Source: Clostridia bacterium (GTDB lineage Bacteria > Bacillota > DSM-16504 > Desulfitibacterales > Desulfitibacteraceae). Taken from it: a DNA stretch of 33,398 nt. The position numbers were made by a program, and so were the translations under genes. The stretch is taken from assembly GCA_018333845.1 (NCBI GenBank), contig JAGXSK010000054.1, positions 1 to 33,398 on the forward strand. The letters run 5' to 3'. Position 1 is the stretch's first letter, and each line of letters opens with the position of its first letter. This document shows, in pieces, positions 26,935-33,398 of the stretch. The notes beneath the pieces were generated by a model. That model saw only the letters and a list, made by a program, of their open reading frames with translations, was not told the DNA's origin and did not search any database.

Positions 26935-27271
26935 TCTTTTTCCCCCTTGTAGTATTAGTTTTAAGGACGTTAACATAATACTACGATTTGGGAGATTATT
27001 CTATATTTGAATGTCTCTGGTGGTATATTTCATGCGATCATTTTTGGTATACTTTATTTTATCATTCACAATGTACGTGCTCTAACCTCTGGATGTGCAT
27101 GCTTCTGTTCACCTAATAACCAGCGTGTTGGCGATAGCTAATTTTTACTGGTATAGATTCTGGTGTTTTGGGCAGCAGTTTATAGAGACTATACCAAAAA
27201 ATAAAGCTTTAAGAATTGTCAACGCCATAACTCTCAAGGCTTTCTGTTATTAATGTCTCTTGCTACGTGTA

Positions 27272-27640
27272 TTACTGCCATATAATTTCTTCCAATTTAA
27301 TGTACACACTTTTTATATCTTCTAATACCTTGGCCTCAAAAATATTTGCATCATCTGCTATAATTATTTCAGACTTGTCTCTCATTAATATAGATACTTC
27401 TAACTCAAAAGCATCTTGCCAATATATGGTTTCATTCTCTAAAAACTGAGAATGACTTAAAAATTTGCCACTATCTTCATAATTTTTCATGATAAGAGCT
27501 ACATCCTCAGATACCGCTACCATAATGTCATTCCCAAATTTATTTTTAAAATCCTTTCTCAGTACAAATATACCCCCACCAGTATGGTGGATTTCCCAGT
27601 CCGGAAAAGCATGTTCTAATATGTCCCATGTTTTTTTCAA
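27272..27640 (-). CDS. Hypothetical protein (122 aa) downstream of drmB
   Basis: TTG start with an AGGAGG RBS. Contains WEIHHTGGGI. No family recognised. Confidence 0.6.
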   Translation of the reverse strand: MKKTWDILEHAFPDWEIHHTGGGIFVLRKDFKNKFGNDIMVAVSEDVALIMKNYEDSGKFLSHSQFLENETIYWQDAFELEVSILMRDKSEIIIADDANIFEAKVLEDIKSVYIKLEEIIWQ

Positions 27641-27787
27641 TCTTAACCCTCCTAAAGAGTAAAATTCCCCTGAATTTAAAATCTAAATTAAGATTATTAT
27701 ATTTATCAGCTTATTATATCAAATTGGACCAATTATTTCGATCAACAATAAAAATGCTCAAGCCTGATGCACAAACATAAAATACAA

Positions 27788-29647
27788 TTATTTAACTGTA
27801 AGATTAAAAAAACCAGCATCCATAGAGTCATTCGTACCTGTAACAAGGGCCCTGTCTAGGAATCTATTGCCATTCTCACAGGAAGTCTCAGGCAATAATG
27901 AACAACCATGACATGCTGCCAGGTTACATGAATCTGGTCCCTGGCCACTACTGACCATACAAACCGGATCTGATGAACACCAGCTGGCCGCATGCAATGC
28001 CGAAATTACTATGTTTTCAACATTTCCTGGTAACCCCTGCCGGACCAGTCCGCCTAGTGAACCCTCGGTATCTCCAGATGCAGTATAGATTAAAACTCCG
28101 TTCATTGTTATATCAGTATCCTGGCTATCACAATATACTCTTTCTCTTAATGCTGAGCTGCCATAACCGCATTCAAAACTAAATTGATTTATAAGTAGAT
28201 GTGCAAAAGTATGTAATAGTATAAATTTAGGTGTAATTACCTTTTCAGGTAGTCCCCTCACCTCTCGTGCCTTGTTAAAATTGTTTATTAATAACCGGGC
28301 ACGAGCCTGCACTTGAGGTTTATCTTCCCATTCATGTAATTTATGAGAATTAAATTCGAAAAACACTCCTTCACCACGTACAACTATCGCGGGTAACCAG
28401 TTAATACTTCCATTCAATTTCAGGTTGTTTTTTTTCTCTTCAAGAGTTTTATCATCTTCAGGCATCCATCTCGAAAATCCAACCAGTGACCTGGTCTCTC
28501 TTAGCTTGTGCAAGAGCGTTATACTGGAAAAGTATTCACTAATAACATGAGAATACTCTTGTGCCTTTTTGTTTGTTACAAAAAAATCCTGGTTATCTCC
28601 TCCCACTCCTGCAAGAATGGCATCATATTCAGATTTTCTATACAATTCTTCAGAATCTTCAACATCTTCTGTTGTAACGCCTTCTTCTCCTTCGAGCTTT
28701 TTTCGGGCTGCTGCTATTAGTTTTTCTCCATCAACACCTTTCATTTCTGCCACAATTTCAAATTTATCCTTGTTAAGCTCCCCATTAACTCTAGTTCTAG
28801 TAAGGCTTTCCCAGTTAGCTTCAAGAACCTCAATTACTTTTCTATCTACAGTTTCATCCCATTTTGGAAGGTATATTGAAGTCCGGATAGCAGGGAAATA
28901 AACATTAGAAGCTCCCCTTTGAACTACTTTTAAATCCGCTCCACATTGTTTTGCTCTATCATCTATCTCTCCCAGCCAGGGTCTAAATCCACTGCATTTT
29001 TTTATCTTGTCTAGAGAATTCTCGTTAAATGCCCCTGCCATTGACCTTGATTCAATTCCACAACTACAGCTTATCATTATACCTGACAGACTACTACTGC
29101 TACGCCCAGCACGCATACGAAGCTTGCAGCTAGCATCCCAGGTTTTGTTTTTATGTACCCATTCCATAAAAGGAAAATCTTCTATATGTCCATGTGTCTT
29201 ACATATAACTATAAATCTAACTGGTATTAACCATGGCCTTTTATATTGCTTTGTAGAATGACATGACATTCCAGATGAGTAATTAGGTCCGCTACATCTT
29301 TGTTTTTCCCCGTAAATAGACAGTTTCTCCATCGAACCACATTTTGGACAATAGTGCCATTGAGGAAATCTAATACATGGTATTTTCAACCCGGGATTAA
29401 GTACTCCAGCACCTGGTTTCCTGAAATCTGGGGGTAATCGAAAATGGTTGACATTCAGTCTCTTTTCCAATCTTTCCTCTTTAATTAAAAACTCTTCGAC
29501 TCCATTTCTAGCACTTCGATATACCTGTTCCCAGGCATCAAGACCACAGACCATCAGGGACTCGTCACCAGGGAAGTTAACCATCTGACCAACACCCCAT
29601 GGGGATATCAGCTGACTTCTTCTCATGGATTTTTTTTTATTGGACAT
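27788..29647 (-). CDS. drmB: DUF1998-domain protein, DISARM DrmB-like
   Basis: RRSQLISPWGVG, LLHTFAHLLI, CGYGSSALRERVY, GSLGGL and the C-terminal Cys cluster CSSDPVC...ACHGC...ETSCE. Confidence 0.85.
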   Translation of the reverse strand: MSNKKKSMRRSQLISPWGVGQMVNFPGDESLMVCGLDAWEQVYRSARNGVEEFLIKEERLEKRLNVNHFRLPPDFRKPGAGVLNPGLKIPCIRFPQWHYCPKCGSMEKLSIYGEKQRCSGPNYSSGMSCHSTKQYKRPWLIPVRFIVICKTHGHIEDFPFMEWVHKNKTWDASCKLRMRAGRSSSSLSGIMISCSCGIESRSMAGAFNENSLDKIKKCSGFRPWLGEIDDRAKQCGADLKVVQRGASNVYFPAIRTSIYLPKWDETVDRKVIEVLEANWESLTRTRVNGELNKDKFEIVAEMKGVDGEKLIAAARKKLEGEEGVTTEDVEDSEELYRKSEYDAILAGVGGDNQDFFVTNKKAQEYSHVISEYFSSITLLHKLRETRSLVGFSRWMPEDDKTLEEKKNNLKLNGSINWLPAIVVRGEGVFFEFNSHKLHEWEDKPQVQARARLLINNFNKAREVRGLPEKVITPKFILLHTFAHLLINQFSFECGYGSSALRERVYCDSQDTDITMNGVLIYTASGDTEGSLGGLVRQGLPGNVENIVISALHAASWCSSDPVCMVSSGQGPDSCNLAACHGCSLLPETSCENGNRFLDRALVTGTNDSMDAGFFNLTVK

Positions 29648-29649
29648 GT

Positions 29650-32600
29650 TTAACTCTCCTCTTCCAGTTCGAGATAGTTACGGATAACACTTGCTTCACA
29701 TGAAGCGTCAACATTTCTCATTGACGTTGGCGTTGGCCATGCTTTATCATTCCACATTGAGTGAGGTGTGCTTCCTGCAGCGTACATAAGAGGTAATTCC
29801 TCATTCGGCGGAGAAAAATCTCCATATTTTGGTGGTAAGTATCGTTTCCATTCATCCAATCTATAATCTAACAATTTTAAAGTTAGCTCTAGTTCCGCGG
29901 GATCTATCTCCTTGATTCTCTCTTCCAGGATTTTCCCAAATTCATCAAGCAATTTCGCTTCTGGAAAAGGTTGTGGTGATGATGTATTGCTATTCTTACC
30001 AAAATATCTAACATATCCAACTAGTAATGCATGTAGTGCCCTTTCCCTTACCGGAGACGAAAAAGGTGTTACACTAGTAGGTTCAACCTGGCTGTAGATC
30101 CTGGAGTGATACGAACAAAAATGCTCATAGTGTGAACGGTCCCTGGGTTTACTAACATTATAAATAACCACAACAAGTCCTGGGCCATCTTTTGAACGGC
30201 CTACACGACTAGTTGCCTGGATATATTCGGAAGTAGTCTTGGGTTGACCAGTAACTGTCATAAGACCTAACCTTGGCACATCTACCCCTACAGATATCAT
30301 GTTAGTGGCAAGACACACATCAACTGGAAGGTTATCGTCTTCTGGTGGATATTTAATCTCAAGGGAGTGTAGAGCATGAGGCACTTCAGAATTAGAAATA
30401 CGACTTGTCAGTTCTATGGCCCTGTTGATGAACCTTCTATGATCAATCTCTTTTTCCTTGTCTTTACAAATGCCCTTACGAGCCCACATGGCATTTAGAT
30501 ATTCTCTTATATCAGCACTTATTAGTGTTGCAGCGTGCCCCAGTTCACGTAAGCTATTAAAATAATTAACAAGTGTCCAATAATAATCTCTTTCTTTCTC
30601 GTCTTTTACATCAATACTTTTTATAGACTGCAACAAGGTTCCTATTACACGCACCTGGGTTGTTGCATGAGAAGGCAATCCCGAAGCATGTACCCCGGCA
30701 TACATCCTGCCATTTGCAATTTTATCCTCATATGCGAAAAATGATTGACCTGCATCTATACACTGGGGAGGGAATTGAAAGACATTCTCTTTTTTACAAT
30801 TATACAGGGCATGACACTGTTCTTTAGCCCTGCTTATTGTAGCAGTAGAAGCAATTATCTTTGGTCTTGTTCCAGAAGGACTTTTACATAATTCAGATAT
30901 AAATGTCTCATAATGCCCAACCATGGATCCAAGAGGTCCTGATATTAGATGCAATTCATCCTGTATTATCAGCTCCGGTGGTGAAATCCTCCTGTTTTGT
31001 CTGAAACCAAAAATGGACCTTGCCTCTGGCTTCCAGGGCAATATTGCAAATTTGTCAACAGTTCCTATTATCAGTTCTGGTGGAGATAAATAGATATCCT
31101 CATCAATAACCTGTAATGGCAAACCAAAGTCATCTTTTGAAAAATTACACTCGGAATTACCACACTGGAGAGTTACTCTAGAAGGTCTAGCAAATTTCTT
31201 ATATCCCTTGATTTCTATAGTTTTACCATTTTTCACAGGACCCATCTGAACTCCACACCATGGGCATTTTAGCATGATAAAAGGATTTTCTTTTGTTTCT
31301 CCTTTTTTAAGTTGATTATAGAAATTTACTGCATCGGTTTGCCGATTAGGAGTCAAGCTTTCTCCTACCCAGAGTCCAATTCGAATTCTATCCTTTCCAA
31401 GATTTTCTTCATCAGCCTGTCTTATTAAATCACATGCACATATCAAAGAAGCAGCTCTCTGATATTGTTGTGAGGTTAACAGCCTTAAAGTATAACGCAT
31501 TAGAACTGTAGTACCATCATCATGCTTGTTTTTCAATCTTTTTAAAAAAATAGTGAATGCAGTCAATCCAAGGTATGCCTCTGTCTTTCCTCCACCTGTC
31601 GGAAACCAGATAATATCAACTATTTCTCTATCGGTGCTTTCTGGTCTTGCAATAGATTTTAGATTCATTAAAATAAAAGCAATTTGAAATGGTCTCCACG
31701 AACCTAGCTTTTTGTCTGGCCAGGTTGAACTATCTTCTAATCGAGGATAATTAAGAGTTTCAACTTTTAACCCACCTTGATCTACTTTCCAAGATCTCAA
31801 CTTTAAATTAAACCTTAGTTGCTGTAGTAGCATTGCCTCGTTCATTAGCTGAAAAGATCTGCGAACCTGTAAATCATTTCTAATTAATTCAATTCCTTCT
31901 CTCATTCTAGCCAGACACTTTTTACAGTTAATTACATGTCTCATGGCCGTTTTCTTGTATTTACTATCTAACTCATTTTCTGTGAAAAAATCTTGTTTAT
32001 CTATCCATTCCTCATACTTATCACAAAGAGCAGATATATTATTTATCAAGGAACTGAATTCTCCATGTTCACTCATATCATACATCTTGAGATCCAGATC
32101 AGAAAAATGTGCTGGCAGGATAGGTTTTAAATCATAAACAGGTAACACTTCCGTCCTAATTTCTTCAATAGTTCCATTTTTAGACTCTTTCCAATTCGAT
32201 GCACATCCGTGACCTACAGCAAAGGTTTTCTTGTTACGGTATAGTAATTGCATTGATTCTTCATCCTCAGTTACATCACCTGGAAATTTTTTATCAGGGT
32301 ATTGCTGGAAAACCTTATCCTGTTTCACTGCGCTAACCTTTAATTCTACCTGAAAAAAACAGTCTTCATTTTTAATTGTGCCTGATGATTTCTTATCATT
32401 TACTAGAGAGAATGTAAATAGTTGACTTTCATTGTCTCCTTGATATGTATGATTTCTGGCTCGTATGTCTATTAATAGTCCTGTTTCTTTGCCCTCCTGG
32501 TTCTTGACAGGTATAACTTTTTTTCGCATGGCCGGATTTGGAATCTCGTCTATTTGTAATAGTTCTTTCATAAATATCTTTTCTCTGAAAAAAGCCTTTC

Positions 32601-33057
32601 GGTTAATAATCTTCCCTTCTTTATTTTCAGTTTTATATTCCCCTTCCCTGTAATAGCCAGCCGACACCTCTAACATTAGACCATATTGAGGAGGCACCAG
32701 GAAACAGCTAAATCCCATGGCTGATGGCATAAAGGCATTAGATAAATTGATAATATCATCATTAACATCATTGCTTTCATCAATTGAACCGGAGCCTTCA
32801 CCTTCCTCAAGCTCTGGTGTATTATCAGTTTCATCTTCTTCAGTGTTTTCTATCTGAATAAAATATTCTCTTTCACTTGGATTTACATTCTCAGTAGTTT
32901 CAGTCATTACTTCCTGCGGAAAAAGGATACCTGCTCCATACCTGATTCTAGGTGGTTCAAATAAAATTTCTTCTCCATTGTCCTGAATAAAGGGTAACAC
33001 TGGATCAGGTCCAATTAACTCTCTTTTTAAAAAATCAATTATTTTATTTCTCATCAA
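29650..33057 (-). CDS. drmA: SF2 helicase, DISARM DrmA-like
   Basis: WRPFQ, FPTGGGKTEAY, YTLRLLT, GTVDKFA, QDELH, STAT, ATNMISVGVDV, YIQATSRVGR, RDRSHYE. Confidence 0.85.
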   Translation of the reverse strand: MMRNKIIDFLKRELIGPDPVLPFIQDNGEEILFEPPRIRYGAGILFPQEVMTETTENVNPSEREYFIQIENTEEDETDNTPELEEGEGSGSIDESNDVNDDIINLSNAFMPSAMGFSCFLVPPQYGLMLEVSAGYYREGEYKTENKEGKIINRKAFFREKIFMKELLQIDEIPNPAMRKKVIPVKNQEGKETGLLIDIRARNHTYQGDNESQLFTFSLVNDKKSSGTIKNEDCFFQVELKVSAVKQDKVFQQYPDKKFPGDVTEDEESMQLLYRNKKTFAVGHGCASNWKESKNGTIEEIRTEVLPVYDLKPILPAHFSDLDLKMYDMSEHGEFSSLINNISALCDKYEEWIDKQDFFTENELDSKYKKTAMRHVINCKKCLARMREGIELIRNDLQVRRSFQLMNEAMLLQQLRFNLKLRSWKVDQGGLKVETLNYPRLEDSSTWPDKKLGSWRPFQIAFILMNLKSIARPESTDREIVDIIWFPTGGGKTEAYLGLTAFTIFLKRLKNKHDDGTTVLMRYTLRLLTSQQYQRAASLICACDLIRQADEENLGKDRIRIGLWVGESLTPNRQTDAVNFYNQLKKGETKENPFIMLKCPWCGVQMGPVKNGKTIEIKGYKKFARPSRVTLQCGNSECNFSKDDFGLPLQVIDEDIYLSPPELIIGTVDKFAILPWKPEARSIFGFRQNRRISPPELIIQDELHLISGPLGSMVGHYETFISELCKSPSGTRPKIIASTATISRAKEQCHALYNCKKENVFQFPPQCIDAGQSFFAYEDKIANGRMYAGVHASGLPSHATTQVRVIGTLLQSIKSIDVKDEKERDYYWTLVNYFNSLRELGHAATLISADIREYLNAMWARKGICKDKEKEIDHRRFINRAIELTSRISNSEVPHALHSLEIKYPPEDDNLPVDVCLATNMISVGVDVPRLGLMTVTGQPKTTSEYIQATSRVGRSKDGPGLVVVIYNVSKPRDRSHYEHFCSYHSRIYSQVEPTSVTPFSSPVRERALHALLVGYVRYFGKNSNTSSPQPFPEAKLLDEFGKILEERIKEIDPAELELTLKLLDYRLDEWKRYLPPKYGDFSPPNEELPLMYAAGSTPHSMWNDKAWPTPTSMRNVDASCEASVIRNYLELEEES

Positions 33058-33154
33058 TACCCATACTCCTCGTATAATATGTTTTGTAAACCTAAACTTT
33101 AGAATTTCCAGTTAGAATTTTGTTCTTTGAAAAGTGAATAATCACTTTTACAGA

Positions 33155-33304
33155 CTAAGGTTAGCCCGTTCACTTTACCCTTGACAGGGAGTGGTCCATA
33201 ATGGTAGGCTCATTAGCCGCACAGACACCCCAAAGGGGAGGTGGCTGGCTAAGTCTGTGTAATCCATTATGGACAGAGGCTCACTGTCAAGGGCGGGCTC
33301 TTAG
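33155..33304. repeat. ~150-bp nested inverted-repeat element (MITE-like, IS-end-like or structured RNA)
   Basis: Nested pairs CTAAG/CTTAG, AGCCCG/CGGGCT, CCCTTGACAG/CTGTCAAGGG, GTCCATAATGG/CCATTATGGAC and TTAGCC/GGCTAA. GC-rich relative to the flanks. Confidence 0.75.
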
Positions 33305-33398
33305 TACCTACAAACTTGTTTTAAATTAGGGCTTGGATTTTTCGTGATGTTCCCAGACAATAGTCTTAAGGATTATTTGGGGTAATGCTTTTTCCTCC

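Larger units (their letters stand above)
21098..27070 (-). mobile_element. IS21-family element (istA-istB) carrying a nested RIT element
   Basis: TGT...ACA termini with aligned imperfect inverted repeats (TGTAAACGTCAATAGGAAATGTACCAAAAA vs TGTGAATGATAAAATAAAGTATACCAAAAA) and second TATACCACCA repeats. Confidence 0.85.

Noticed and set aside
2319-32653. Numerous short antisense or alternate-frame ORFs inside long genes (e.g. 2319-2702, 5347-5619, 16999-17187, 28569-28901)
   Set aside because: Shadow ORFs fully overlapping well-supported genes.
1-33398. CRISPR array, cas genes, tRNA or rRNA
   Set aside because: No regularly spaced repeats, cas motifs or recognisable stable-RNA sequences were seen by eye.

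Overview
Low-GC DNA from what looks like a spore-forming Firmicute (inferred from gene content and sigma-H-like promoters). Bases 1-8.4 kb are mostly core genome. This part holds the 5' end of an IS110 transposase missed by the ORF track, a winged-helix/coiled-coil protein, menG, a degenerate polyprenyl synthase subunit, speD, a large membrane protein, a GT4 glycosyltransferase and mntR. From ~8.4 kb to the end is a mosaic accessory/defence island, almost entirely on the minus strand. It holds many truncated toxin-antitoxin and restriction gene stubs, a secreted S1 protease between 173-bp direct repeats, a PIN-type TA pair and a DISARM-like drmA-drmB pair without drmC or a methylase in the window. 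It also holds a complete IS110 with a foldable bridge-RNA-like left end, and an IS21 whose istB is cleanly interrupted by a three-recombinase RIT element with perfect 90-bp terminal inverted repeats. Best novelty candidates: (i) an HTH-WYL gene overlapping an unannotated 53-aa highly basic peptide gene, preceded by a multi-stem putative ncRNA and a candidate operator; (ii) an IS110 ncRNA whose loop resembles the Shine-Dalgarno-like sequence beside its own insertion site; (iii) the RIT terminal palindrome that carries the target hexamer. All family assignments come from motif recognition by eye, not database searches.
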